In this document: positions 28,501-36,158 of the stretch, in pieces
Position numbering within the stretch: position 1 is the stretch's first letter
Layout of the letters: each line of letters begins with the position of its first letter
Source of the DNA: a virus
Taxonomy: Duplodnaviria > Caudoviricetes
Reading direction: 5' to 3' (one strand)
Virus record (IMG/VR): IMGVR_UViG_3300009085_000030
Location: 1-61,208 of that record
Length of the DNA: 61,208 bases
Made by a program: the position numbers and the translations under genes
The notes under the pieces: model-generated
The model's database searches: none
What the model was told of the DNA's origin: nothing
Seen by the model: the letters and a program-made list of their open reading frames with translations, nothing else

Positions 28501-30795
28501 GGTAGTAGCGTGGTGCAGATCCTGATGTCCAACGAGGCGCACACTCTGCCTGCGGCGAACGACGGCACAGTCAGTAGCTACGTGGGCAGTGGCACGGCGA
28601 TTGGCATCTTCGAAGGCACCACACAACTGGACTACGACGGTATCGGAACTGCCGCCGGCAAGTGGACGGCCAGCCGTAGCGTCACGACCGGTACGATGAC
28701 GACGCCTGGGGCGCTGAGCGAATCGGGCGCGCTCGCCATCATGGCCGACCACGCAGGCATGACTGCAGATCTGGTGCAGGTTACGGTCACGGCTACAGGC
28801 AAGACCTTGACCGGAGCAAGCTTCTCGATCAGCAAGGTCCAATCGCTGACCAAGAGCAGGCAGGGCACAGCCGGCGTCACAGGTACGCGGACCGCTGTGC
28901 TCGAGATGTATAAGTGGGCGGCTTCGCAGCCCGTGAGCAGCTTCCCGGCAGGTACGTCCACGTACACCTGGGCCACCGGCCAGTTCACGGACCCGGCCAC
29001 GCCTAACAGTTGGACCCGCGTGCCGGGTGCCGCCGTTGCAGGGCAGACGCTGTGGGTGGTGCGGCAGGTCTACGCGGATCAGCTTACCTCGGCAACATCC
29101 GACGTCACGTGGGCGGCTACGTCCAGTGCGGCCTCCGGGGCGGCGGGCACTTCTGGCACGGACGGCCAGCGGGTCGGCTTCTTGGAAGTCTACAAGTGGG
29201 CACTCGCGCAGCCGGTGAGCAGCTTCCCGGCAGGTACGTCCACATACACGTGGGCGGACGGTTCCTTTACCGCACCGTCAACAGCGAACGGATGGGCGCT
29301 GGTTCCGGGTGCGCCGACTGCGGGGTACACTCTGTGGGCGTGTTCGGTCCGGGTGTCGAACAACAGCACAAGCGCTACTTCCAGCGCTACGTGGAACACT
29401 GCCGTCTCGTATGCGGTGGGCTTCGCAGGTTCGGATGGTGGCCCGGGCGACACCGGGCAGAGCAACCACCGGGTCTACCGCGCTGTCACAATCGGGGCCG
29501 CGAAGCTGACGCCTGCCAACACGACTAACGGGGCGACGCCGACTTCACCCGCGGTGTGGAGCGCGGTTCCGCTGACGCTCACGGCTGGGCAGGAACAATA
29601 CCAGTCTGATGGCACGACGCCAGCCGGCAGCACCACGACGACGTGGACTGTTGAATACCCGAGCTATTTGAAGGTCGGCACGCTGGAAGCTATCACGGGA
29701 AACATGGGTACGCTGACGGCGGGCTCGATCAACACGACGGGGTACCTGCGCGCGGAAGGGTCCACTGGCGTCACTGTTCCGGTCTCTGGGGCATCGGCGT
29801 CAAGAACTACTGCGGGCGCGTTCAATACTACCAACGCTCAACAGATCGGTGTGATAGCCACCAACAACAACTCTACTAACCCGGCGCTGTACGGGTGGAA
29901 CGCGTCTGTGGCATCCGGGATCGGGGTCTACGGGCAAGGCGCCATCGGGGTAGTTGGAATTGCCAATGCAGCTAATGGAGACTACGGCGCAATCTTCTAC
30001 GGCAATGGATCTCCGACATACGCGACGGTCGCTCTCTCAGCTTCGATCAACAATTCCAACGCAGGCAGTAAAGCTCTTGAAGTTTTCGGTGACACATCTG
30101 CCTCCCAGATCGCCATGGATGTCGCTGGCGCGGTAGTGTTCAAGGGGGCCAACGGTGGGAGTCTTCGACTCAAGCCTACAAACGGTGCACTGTACCGCGG
30201 AGTGATCCATTCGGTCAGTTCGACAACGTACTCGCTTGGTGTCACGGCGTCTGGGACTGCAGACGGTGCCGCAGCGACCACCCCGCTCAGCATCAATCTA
30301 TCAACGGGTGCGTTTACCTTCTCTGCTGCACCTTCGTTCCAGAGTAACTTTACGGTCGGCAGCACGACCCTCGTATCGAGCTTGAACGCTGACCTGCTCG
30401 ACGGGCAGCACGGGAGCTACTACGCTGCGGCGTCCAGCGTGCCTGCCGCCGCCAATAACGGTACGCTGACAATGGGCGTGTCTGGCGTTGGGCTGTCGGG
30501 GTCCGCATCGTTCACGGCTAACCAGAGCGGTAGCGGCACGTTCACAGTCACATCGAACGCAACCTCCGCCAATACCGCGAACGCTATCGTGTCTCGCAAT
30601 GCCAACGGGGATGTCTGGGTTCGGGACGCCAATATGGCGGGCACCATCAGCTTGAATGGTGCGACAGTTAGTTCCCTTGGCGGTGGTATTCCAACCTTCT
30701 CGACAAAGAAGCCGGGCGCGGATACCGTCAATACGTGGCTCCAGGTCTATGTCAACGGGGTCTTCTATCAAATTCCAATGTGGCCGAATAGCTAG
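22570..30795 (+). CDS. Tail tip/central fibre (gpJ-like host specificity protein) with long modular C-terminal extension
   Basis: PWRIVYGRATIGG, GKLVYDPR..SNNVALCIRDFL, INLPYT..RARNVAR, FN3-like PPDAVTGL, repeated Ig-like modules, and LNADLLDGQHGSYY near the C-terminus. Confidence 0.88.
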   Translation: MDNKLIKTVVGALLATPLYAWADPATLLILAGQFIATAGPVAGAYFGTGMALVAAGVIYGSVSKRRAAKKAATEAKNAYNSQLEDRGATILSAVPPWRIVYGRATIGGSIHAMFTADKVKTVNGQQVTRKDALHYLVYVFAAHEVGALHNVFIDNTPAGPFDADGYSLNSEFRSSESMMMAGQVSLDIGASWTSDKPVLSFTAIGHPTDYVPEWGQAHDVTGYITVTNGGRTLTNNSTMISTVSYQMYSVMDSSFRFIWHDGDPNQTVDGPLHSAFPDKWTTNHRIRGRAYAVVVVDLEDSRFQSGPPSITVDVTGKLVYDPRNASTTASNNVALCIRDFLLAKYGANADTTEVNDTYVAAAANACDAWISVDVPGYLDTITYTFAATVDGWVGSNATLTQNSGTPTFLRVACTAEDTVAYKEGLSFSGSTNRYVRFRMRRNAGDGWVGKLYYKTAGHGYSEDYRKDFNTGFPVGGDWVELVYDMHSLTTGAGDWKGSTITGLQFRFGIEAGDVFDIDWISVSEFAPDTELQPKYTMNGAFTTDDSRESVLENMAVAMNGYVTNGGQWLVVAGAWTAPVRDFTDDDLDGQIAIVQTDTGLDELANSSKGTYYPVGVSSPVEFPPYKNATLVTNDGEELWEDINLPYTNSETRARNVARVRVERTRSGQILTVPLKLHAWPTQVGDRIRLTSTEYGLNLKVYRVTDWGFSVTGAVVLTVQEDAEEIYDEADTTLSDPTPNTDLPNPNIVQNVENLLAASGTDHLTVASDGTITTRVFVSWDAARDAYLVAGSAYAEIKWRRVLFDPVDQWNMSRVPATSVSVYIENAVEFEFLVIGVRYVNSVGREGAWSFVEHTVIGKSEPPDAVTGLAYTNTAGGMRISWDPCIEVDYAETELRYGASWAAGVLVWVGKANEALWIPPGEGDYTIWAVHRDTTGHESTPASLAVNYDASGITSAQTMVLSADRLAFVFADENAATAITTDDITLTAKLQNLVGAVSFSAVAYNSAGTSLGAVTLTGTSDTVRVLTAANFVAPGLTVAYVEVTAEIASTNGSGTLDDTTTIYRVNHGSNSVYVILTNDSHTIPTNSDGTNGVYTGSGTDIGVFEGTNQLVWDNVGTTPGKWKVVASGGGTITPGAISAAGNNARVAQHAGMTNYTAIVTYTITGKTLTGEAFTHTKLQTLSKAIAGNSSALLTLDFSGVAFVFQGEDGNVSTTPNITLTALLNNITGTATFTTAAYDIGGGLLGTGTPLGGSGNTRTLTPAQFLTYPTTYTLKITATLDALTDTITIYRVNDGADTMQVGLSNEAHLIPSANDGTVESYSGASGSMVAAKGGLLLSNVTDPSVSFSMVGYTGFNTVYPAAQAGITINATTGFYSVTAGMTADVATVTFRATLSNGFTADRVFSLAKSKEGAAGSAAVSIDLLSESDITAANSDGTGYVLPANNQIKLYEGGVLLVAGVTYAGDITKNGLTANVNESTGIVTFTGSTPTWTSNAESFTFQATYNSITYSANYTYAKSKAGSDAVNADLLSEADVVAAAADGTGYVLPTGNEFKLYKGGTDLTSGVAYSVWNTGTATWLASTTKNGLTFAIDASTGVITLSGASWTSDSEVFTTKAVYGGLDYSKLYSIAKSKRGETGEAGGVVLTLQATAAAYVFESPDATSSTTPAITLTGLRGTLVGTMTFTTQAFNAAGTSLGTGTPLSGSGDTRTMTATQFLFYPTARYVTITATVGAYSDTFTLYRIDHGSDTITAGLSNESHIVPADPAGVVSSWVGAGGSMVVLKGVDILSSVTTPSVAFSLVGYTGFSTTYPTAQAGISVNTTTGAYSVSNNVTSDVATVTIRATLSTGLTLDRIFTVTKARQGIDGDGGVAAQLLTIGATGLAFIFADKNATLATEPENIVFTATLQNVSGTVVFAGTAYNAAGTMVGSAGGVTLTGTGNTRTLSKANFNAAGATVQYVVVTATLGSLSDTTTVYRGDHGSSVVQILMSNEAHTLPAANDGTVSSYVGSGTAIGIFEGTTQLDYDGIGTAAGKWTASRSVTTGTMTTPGALSESGALAIMADHAGMTADLVQVTVTATGKTLTGASFSISKVQSLTKSRQGTAGVTGTRTAVLEMYKWAASQPVSSFPAGTSTYTWATGQFTDPATPNSWTRVPGAAVAGQTLWVVRQVYADQLTSATSDVTWAATSSAASGAAGTSGTDGQRVGFLEVYKWALAQPVSSFPAGTSTYTWADGSFTAPSTANGWALVPGAPTAGYTLWACSVRVSNNSTSATSSATWNTAVSYAVGFAGSDGGPGDTGQSNHRVYRAVTIGAAKLTPANTTNGATPTSPAVWSAVPLTLTAGQEQYQSDGTTPAGSTTTTWTVEYPSYLKVGTLEAITGNMGTLTAGSINTTGYLRAEGSTGVTVPVSGASASRTTAGAFNTTNAQQIGVIATNNNSTNPALYGWNASVASGIGVYGQGAIGVVGIANAANGDYGAIFYGNGSPTYATVALSASINNSNAGSKALEVFGDTSASQIAMDVAGAVVFKGANGGSLRLKPTNGALYRGVIHSVSSTTYSLGVTASGTADGAAATTPLSINLSTGAFTFSAAPSFQSNFTVGSTTLVSSLNADLLDGQHGSYYAAASSVPAAANNGTLTMGVSGVGLSGSASFTANQSGSGTFTVTSNATSANTANAIVSRNANGDVWVRDANMAGTISLNGATVSSLGGGIPTFSTKKPGADTVNTWLQVYVNGVFYQIPMWPNS

Positions 30796-30797
30796 CT

Positions 30798-31406
30798 ATG
30801 ATAATCCCTTTCACACTATACGTCACGTCTACTGGCGAGATTGACTACGCGGGGCAGACTTCGTCAGAAGACCCGTCGATTGGGGGTTTCCCACCGAATC
30901 TCACTATGTACCGTGGCGCCGCATACACGCGGGACACGCATTACTTTGTCGGGGGAGTACCCACGGCGTACACCACTGAGCAAGCGGCGCTGAAGGCGAC
31001 CCCGCTGTACCCGGGCGCCGTCTGGTCGAACGCGACCATGAACTGGATCGAGGACCGCACGCTAGCCCAGGTCAAGAAAGACAAGCGCTTCGAACTGGCC
31101 GACGCCTGGGATGAAGAAGCCAAGAGCGGCGTTACCTTCGGCACGAAGACCGCCCCTACCGACGACGCTGGCATGCAGCGGTACATCCTCCTTCGATTGA
31201 TGGCTGGCGAGAGCGGCTGGGTCGACACGCCGATACCACTTGAAGACGGCACCTGGGAACTGATGACGCTCGCCAAGGCGCAGACCCTGTGGGCTGCGAT
31301 CAAGGATCAAACCCGTACGCTACTCACGAAGCTGCGCGACAAGGTTCTTCTGGTCGATGCGGCGACGACCATCGAACAAGTGAGCAATATTTACTGGGAA
31401 GACTAG
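30798..31406 (+). CDS. Tail fibre assembly-like protein (DUF4376-like C-terminus)
   Basis: WSNATMNWIEDRTLAQVKKDK...AATTIEQVSNIYW, directly after the tail tip gene. Confidence 0.65.
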   Translation: MIIPFTLYVTSTGEIDYAGQTSSEDPSIGGFPPNLTMYRGAAYTRDTHYFVGGVPTAYTTEQAALKATPLYPGAVWSNATMNWIEDRTLAQVKKDKRFELADAWDEEAKSGVTFGTKTAPTDDAGMQRYILLRLMAGESGWVDTPIPLEDGTWELMTLAKAQTLWAAIKDQTRTLLTKLRDKVLLVDAATTIEQVSNIYWED

Positions 31407-31471
31407 GCGCCCGACATGGCGCCGGCACCCAACGGCGAGTAAGATACGGCTCGAAACTACTGAGGGCGACT

Positions 31472-31861
31472 ATGCTGAAGCGTCTATCTGCAAGCATCGC
31501 AGCGGTACTGATCTCTGCGTGTGGCGGCGGTGGAGATCCAGAGCCAGTAGTGGTCCTGGAACCCGCAACGGCGAAGATGCTGATGCTGCCGGTTCTTGGA
31601 ACGCAGAACTGCATCCCGGTCAGCGCGTACCAGCAGATGGTCAACGACGGGCGGTTCCGGCCGTACCCTACCGATCCGCCTGAAGGGTCTATCCGCCACC
31701 CGCCGTTCTTGCTTGTGCCCGCAGGCTCGACAGCCACGGTAGAAGTCGCGCCCGGTCTCGTCGGCACTCCTGTGGTGGTGCCAGGACCGAACGGCCCGAT
31801 GAACATCCTGGGGCTGTACTACGTTGAAGGCGAAACCCCCGATTGGGTATGCACGCCGTGA
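31472..31861 (+). CDS. Predicted lipoprotein
   Basis: ATG at 31472 with GAGGG RBS. Signal peptide MLKRLSASIAAVLISA|CGGGG contains a lipobox. Confidence 0.65.
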   Translation: MLKRLSASIAAVLISACGGGGDPEPVVVLEPATAKMLMLPVLGTQNCIPVSAYQQMVNDGRFRPYPTDPPEGSIRHPPFLLVPAGSTATVEVAPGLVGTPVVVPGPNGPMNILGLYYVEGETPDWVCTP

Positions 31862-32112
31862 ACGACGAACACGCACACTTGCACGAACTCATCCGGGATG
31901 CCACGCGTCGTGGGGTACGGGATGCCATTGACGAATTTCTACACGACGACTCAGAGTTCGGCCGGCTATCGGAGCGGCTGTACGGCAAGCTATCTGAGCA
32001 CACCACCAATGGGATCACTCAGTGGGTTGGTAAGCGGATACTCACTATCATGTTGGCGGCAGCCCTCTCGGGAAGTGTCGCATGGGCGGTACTGACCGGG
32101 AGAATAAAGTGA
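31858..32112 (+). CDS. Small membrane protein, holin/antiholin candidate
   Basis: GTGA overlap with the upstream gene, single C-terminal TM segment, located in the lysis region. Confidence 0.5.
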   Translation: MNDEHAHLHELIRDATRRGVRDAIDEFLHDDSEFGRLSERLYGKLSEHTTNGITQWVGKRILTIMLAAALSGSVAWAVLTGRIK

Positions 32113-32570
32113 TAATCAAAGAGCTCCTCCATATGTGGCCGTCCGTAATCATCGGTCTTCTACTGGGCCTGATCACAGTGCCCCTCAGCGACGTAGGTCT
32201 CGATGCTGTGCGCGAAAAGTACGACAGCCGCAACCCGGTCGTTGTCACGAACGGCACTTTGCTGCATCGTGAAGAAGATTCTGTGGAAGTCGCCATCGTC
32301 GGCGAGAAGAAGCGCGCCTGTATCTACGTTGCCCTGGCGGCATACGCTACTGGGGCGGACGGCTTGATGCGTGACACGTACACCTTGCGCGTCGACATGC
32401 CTTCTGGTGGTGCGACTCGCCCGGTGGGGCCGCAGAGCTTCGGAGTGTGGCGCCTCTGGCCGATACCGAAAGGGGTGACTCGTATTCAGATGTGGAGTAC
32501 GCACCAATGCGAAGGCCGGCTGGTGCGCTCGCTGATGGCCGAAATCGAACTGGGAAAGACGGTGCAATGA
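32109..32570 (+). CDS. N-terminally membrane-anchored hypothetical protein
   Basis: TM segment WPSVIIGLLLGLITVPL followed by a beta-rich domain with two Cys; GTGA overlap. Confidence 0.55.
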   Translation: MIIKELLHMWPSVIIGLLLGLITVPLSDVGLDAVREKYDSRNPVVVTNGTLLHREEDSVEVAIVGEKKRACIYVALAAYATGADGLMRDTYTLRVDMPSGGATRPVGPQSFGVWRLWPIPKGVTRIQMWSTHQCEGRLVRSLMAEIELGKTVQ

Positions 32571-32646
32571 AGCTGGCGCTGCTGTTCCTCTTACCGCTGC
32601 TGTTGCTGCTGCTGTTCCTGCTACCAGCTATCAAATGGTGAACAAC

Positions 32647-32871
32647 ATGGAGATTACCAATCTCGACCGCAAGGTCCGTCTCCTGAACAAGACCAAGCGG
32701 GGCTGGCAGATCGTACTGACGGTGCCCGCCAGCAAGATGCCCGAGGCAGAAGCCTTCGCCATGCGAGGTTTTGATCTGGACCCAACGACACGCTGGAAGT
32801 TCGAAGAGACTTCTGGCAAACTGATCCGTGACTCGCTATACCTGCGATTCAAGGATATGCCCTTACCGTAA
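32647..32871 (+). CDS. Hypothetical protein
   Basis: ORF in operon context. Start may be 32635 or 32647. Confidence 0.45.
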   Translation: MEITNLDRKVRLLNKTKRGWQIVLTVPASKMPEAEAFAMRGFDLDPTTRWKFEETSGKLIRDSLYLRFKDMPLP

Positions 32872-32888
32872 CTACCAAGGAAGATGCG

Positions 32889-33215
32889 ATGAAGACAAAG
32901 ACGCTTACCCTTTCCATTGCCAACGCCCTCGACGGGGTTGCCATCAGCGACGAGATGCCCGCCGGCACGCTCATGGCGTTCTACGACAGGGCGCGCAAGC
33001 TGGTCCCGCCCGAAGAGTGGGGCTCAGCCAAGGTCCACGGGGCCAGCCATCTCAGCCTCACGTACGAGCACTCGCTGTCTAGCGAAGAGGAGACCCGTTC
33101 GCTGCTGCAAGACGCCAACACCCGCGCCAGTCAGGTCCGGTTGCTGCTGCCGCCGCACCCCGGCGAAGGCCTCAGCGCAGAACAGGTCGACCAAATCCGG
33201 CAACTGCTGGGGTAG
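32889..33215 (+). CDS. Hypothetical protein
   Basis: ORF with AAGGA RBS directly upstream of the endolysin. Confidence 0.5.
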   Translation: MKTKTLTLSIANALDGVAISDEMPAGTLMAFYDRARKLVPPEEWGSAKVHGASHLSLTYEHSLSSEEETRSLLQDANTRASQVRLLLPPHPGEGLSAEQVDQIRQLLG

Positions 33216-33221
33216 GCTCCT

Positions 33222-34412
33222 ATGCGAGTGACACCCGCACTGCTGGTCGCCGCCGTCGGGTGCACCGCTGCCAAGGCGGCGGAGTTCGCGCCGCATCTTG
33301 CCGGGGCGTGCACTGCATACCAGATCGACACCCCCCGCAGACTGGCCGCGTTCCTTGCCCAGATTGGTCACGAGTCTGGGTCGCTCAAATACACGACGGA
33401 GATCTGGGGGCCAACCGCAGCGCAGCAGACGTACGAAGGCCGCATCAGCCTGGGCAATACCGAGCCGGGTGACGGCGAGCGGTACAAGGGTCACGGATTG
33501 ATCCAGACTACGGGTCGGTTCAACCACCGTGCCGTGCGTGACCGCTTGCGGAAACGCGGCATCGACTGCCCCGATTTCGAAGCGGAGCCAGACCGGCTGG
33601 CGGAGCCTGCGTGGGCAGCGTGGTCCGCTGCCGACTACTGGGACTGGCGGCACTGCAACCCGTTGGCGGATGCCGGGTCGTTCGAAGCCATCACGATCAA
33701 GATCAATGGCGGGACCAACGGGCAGTCCGACCGTCTCGAGCGCTGGGCCAAGGCAAAGGCGGTCCTCGAGAACTGGGTCGAAGACGCAGCCGCGCCCATC
33801 ATCGAATCACTTGCCCCGACACCTGCACCGGTACCGGACCCGACCCAATACTCACAGGAGGCTGGAATGCCACTCCCCGCGATCCCCGCAATCGTCAGCG
33901 CCCTGCTGCCTACTGTCGTCCAGATGATACCTCGGCTGGCGACCATCTTCAAGCCGGGCAGCGAAGTCGCAGAACGCAACGTCGCCGCCGCTTCGGCTGT
34001 GATCGATATCGTCACGCAGGCTACCGGCGCGGTCAACGCGCAGGCTGCGGTCGAAGCGATCAAGACAGACCCGACCGCACTGGCCGCTGCAACCAAGGCG
34101 GTGGAGTCAAACTGGTTCGAGCTTCACAAGGCCACCGAAGAAAGCGTCGCTGCTGCGCGCCTGTTCAACAAGTCGTACGTCGAGAACATGAACGTGCGCA
34201 CAGTGGCATGGAACTTTACGTTCCTCGAAGTGCTGTCGTTGATCCTTGTGCTGTCAACCCTGTCGGGCGGCATGTCCGTACTGCTGTGGGGCGGCATCGA
34301 CGATCAGCTGAAAGGTGCCGTTGTGACCCTCATGCTGATCGGCGGGTTCACCGGGGTTACGAACTTCTGGTTCGGGTCGAGCCTCGGCAGCAAGAAGAAA
34401 GACGACAAGTAG
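33222..34412 (+). CDS. GH19 (chitinase-like) endolysin fused to a C-terminal two-TM holin-like domain
   Basis: GH19 motifs RLAAFLAQIGHESG, GDGERYKGHGLIQTTGRFNH and ITIKINGGTNG, then a Pro-rich linker and TM helices ending NFWFGSSLGSKKKD. Confidence 0.88.
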   Translation: MRVTPALLVAAVGCTAAKAAEFAPHLAGACTAYQIDTPRRLAAFLAQIGHESGSLKYTTEIWGPTAAQQTYEGRISLGNTEPGDGERYKGHGLIQTTGRFNHRAVRDRLRKRGIDCPDFEAEPDRLAEPAWAAWSAADYWDWRHCNPLADAGSFEAITIKINGGTNGQSDRLERWAKAKAVLENWVEDAAAPIIESLAPTPAPVPDPTQYSQEAGMPLPAIPAIVSALLPTVVQMIPRLATIFKPGSEVAERNVAAASAVIDIVTQATGAVNAQAAVEAIKTDPTALAAATKAVESNWFELHKATEESVAAARLFNKSYVENMNVRTVAWNFTFLEVLSLILVLSTLSGGMSVLLWGGIDDQLKGAVVTLMLIGGFTGVTNFWFGSSLGSKKKDDK

Positions 34413-34421
34413 GCCAGCCCC

Positions 34422-34529
34422 ATGGACCCCAAGAAAATCATCGTCGCCGTGGCCGGCGCGGGCATGGTGGCTCTCATAGTCACCGTCGCCGTAATGGCGT
34501 ACTCCGCCTGGGTGCTGTTCGCTTCGTAG
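34422..34529 (+). CDS. 35-aa single-TM peptide
   Basis: MDPKKIIVAVAGAGMVALIVTVAVMAYSAWVLFAS, 9 nt after the endolysin stop. Too short for the ORF track. Confidence 0.45.
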   Translation: MDPKKIIVAVAGAGMVALIVTVAVMAYSAWVLFAS

Positions 34530-34569
34530 GGGTGGGTAAACCCTGTAAGGGTAAACCCTAGGTGCCCTC

Positions 34570-34640
34570 GGCGCTGGCGGGCTTTGTGCCCCGGGCGGCT
34601 ACCCTACCAGCCACCAGCCACCGAAAAGCCCGCCAGCGCC
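34570..34640. repeat. 16-bp perfect inverted repeat at the convergence of the two arms (possible bidirectional terminator)
   Basis: GGCGCTGGCGGGCTTT (34570-34585) and AAAGCCCGCCAGCGCC (34625-34640). Confidence 0.6.
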
Positions 34641-34671
34641 CCGGGCGGGGCCTGCGCGGGGGTGTCGCCCG

Positions 34672-34941
34672 CTAGGCGAACTGCACCAGCAGCGCGGCCA
34701 GGGCTTTCAGGGCTTCGGCTGGGGTGGGCGCGCAAGCCATCAGCGGCTGGCTACCGTCGACCGGGTCAAACAGCAGCGCCAGCCCGCCGCCCCATATCGG
34801 GGAAGACAGGCTGGCCCGGTAGACACTGCCGTTGGCGTCGGCAGGCCCCAGCGTCAGAAACACTTCGTCGCCCGTTTCGTCCACGATGTCCGCCAGGATG
34901 CGGGCAACGATGGCGAGATCGTTGTTGGTTGCTGTAGTCAC
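34672..34941 (-). CDS. Hypothetical protein
   Basis: Last gene of the leftward operon; overlaps the upstream stop codon. Confidence 0.5.
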   Translation of the reverse strand: MTTATNNDLAIVARILADIVDETGDEVFLTLGPADANGSVYRASLSSPIWGGGLALLFDPVDGSQPLMACAPTPAEALKALAALLVQFA

Positions 34942-35615
34942 GGTGTGGGTTCCTGCTTGGCGAGTTGCACGATGGCGTCTACGACGCGGCGGGTGGTTGG
35001 CTTGGTGACGAACTGACGCCGGCTCCTGGCGTACTTGGCCTGGATGCCGTGGCCGATGAACCCTGACACAAGCACTACGTTGGGAGCCGGGTCCCGTACG
35101 CCGCGCTCATCAGCGCCGATGAAGCGTACACCCCGCAGCGCGTCTCGCAGTTCGAGTTCTTGCTTGACGCGGGTCACTTGGTGCTTGATCAGCCCGACCA
35201 CATCCACCCGGTTTACGCGTGGCGTTTCGTCGGTGGCTTCGGGAGCCACGATTACCGGTGGTAACCGGTCATCGGGTTCGGCGTGGTGCACCTGTATGAA
35301 CCGGGGGCGCAGGTCCGGCCGCGCCGCTAGCTGGGCGTCGACTGCCGCGAGCTGACGGCGCAGGTACGCCAGTCTGTCGTTGAGCATCTCGAGGTCGCCG
35401 GGCTCGCGGGCGCGGGCCAGGGCTAGGTCCTGCGCGATCTTGGCTCGGTTAAGCCGGCCAGCGAACACCGTCTTGGGGCGGTGCCGGTCGGGCGGCAGCG
35501 CGGCACGCTGCGCCTCGTCTAGCTGGGCGGGCGTGGGCGACCTGACCGCTGGCGACAACGCGGCGGCGACCGCCTTCCACTCGCGGCTGGTCCAGTACGT
35601 GCGGTGCGCTGTCAC
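34938..35615 (-). CDS. Hypothetical protein
   Basis: 225-aa ORF with GTGA overlaps at both ends. Confidence 0.55.
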   Translation of the reverse strand: MTAHRTYWTSREWKAVAAALSPAVRSPTPAQLDEAQRAALPPDRHRPKTVFAGRLNRAKIAQDLALARAREPGDLEMLNDRLAYLRRQLAAVDAQLAARPDLRPRFIQVHHAEPDDRLPPVIVAPEATDETPRVNRVDVVGLIKHQVTRVKQELELRDALRGVRFIGADERGVRDPAPNVVLVSGFIGHGIQAKYARSRRQFVTKPTTRRVVDAIVQLAKQEPTP

Positions 35616-35800
35616 GCGAATATGCTCTTAAGGTAGTCCAGCAAACCTGGGCGTGGCGAACGGAGCAGCGCCGCCTGTAGACGCTCGGCAGTGGTGCCGC
35701 TTGGGAACTCCATGAACGACACGTACGAACCGTCTGGGTGCCGATACTCATACGAACGGGGCGGGGTCACGTACTTCGAGCCGATGATTGGTTTGGTCAT
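35612..35800 (-). CDS. Small hypothetical protein (MTKPIIGSKY...)
   Basis: ATG at 35800 lies just after the upstream stop. C-terminal part of ORF 35612..36073. Confidence 0.45.
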   Translation of the reverse strand: MTKPIIGSKYVTPPRSYEYRHPDGSYVSFMEFPSGTTAERLQAALLRSPRPGLLDYLKSIFA

Positions 35801-35804
35801 GGTG

Positions 35805-36158
35805 CTACCCGATGATGTCTTGACATTCACGAAACTCGTCGTGCACGCGGCGGGCCACGCGCACAACGTCTGCGTCGGCCGGCAGGTGATACCCGCTCGA
35901 CCCGTTCCAGTCGGCAAACGCCGCGTCGTAGAACCCGATGCGCTTGCCGTACTTGCGGTGAAGCTGAAACAACTGCTGCGCCCACTTCGTCCACGTGGCG
36001 TCGTCGATGATGGGCGAGTCCATGTGGTAGTACAGGAACGAGTGCAGCAGCATCTGCCGGCGGCGCCGGGCAATGGCCGCGACGACGCGGGGCTCGATGG
36101 TCTTCGACCGGGGCCGGTTCGCCCATTCGGTCACGGTGTTGGGGCGGGTCTTAGCCAT
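35805..36158 (-). CDS. Stand-alone NAD-dependent DNA ligase domain Ia-like protein
   Basis: RRRRQMLLHSFLYYHMDSPIIDDATW matches the LigA Ia motif H..LYY..D.P.ISD..YD. GGAG RBS before the ATG at 36158. Confidence 0.7.
   Translation of the reverse strand: MAKTRPNTVTEWANRPRSKTIEPRVVAAIARRRRQMLLHSFLYYHMDSPIIDDATWTKWAQQLFQLHRKYGKRIGFYDAAFADWNGSSGYHLPADADVVRVARRVHDEFRECQDIIG

Noticed and set aside
28926-29255. Diversity-generating retroelement TR/VR pair
   Set aside because: Both copies are in-frame protein modules, the differences are not adenine-specific, and no reverse transcriptase is in the window.
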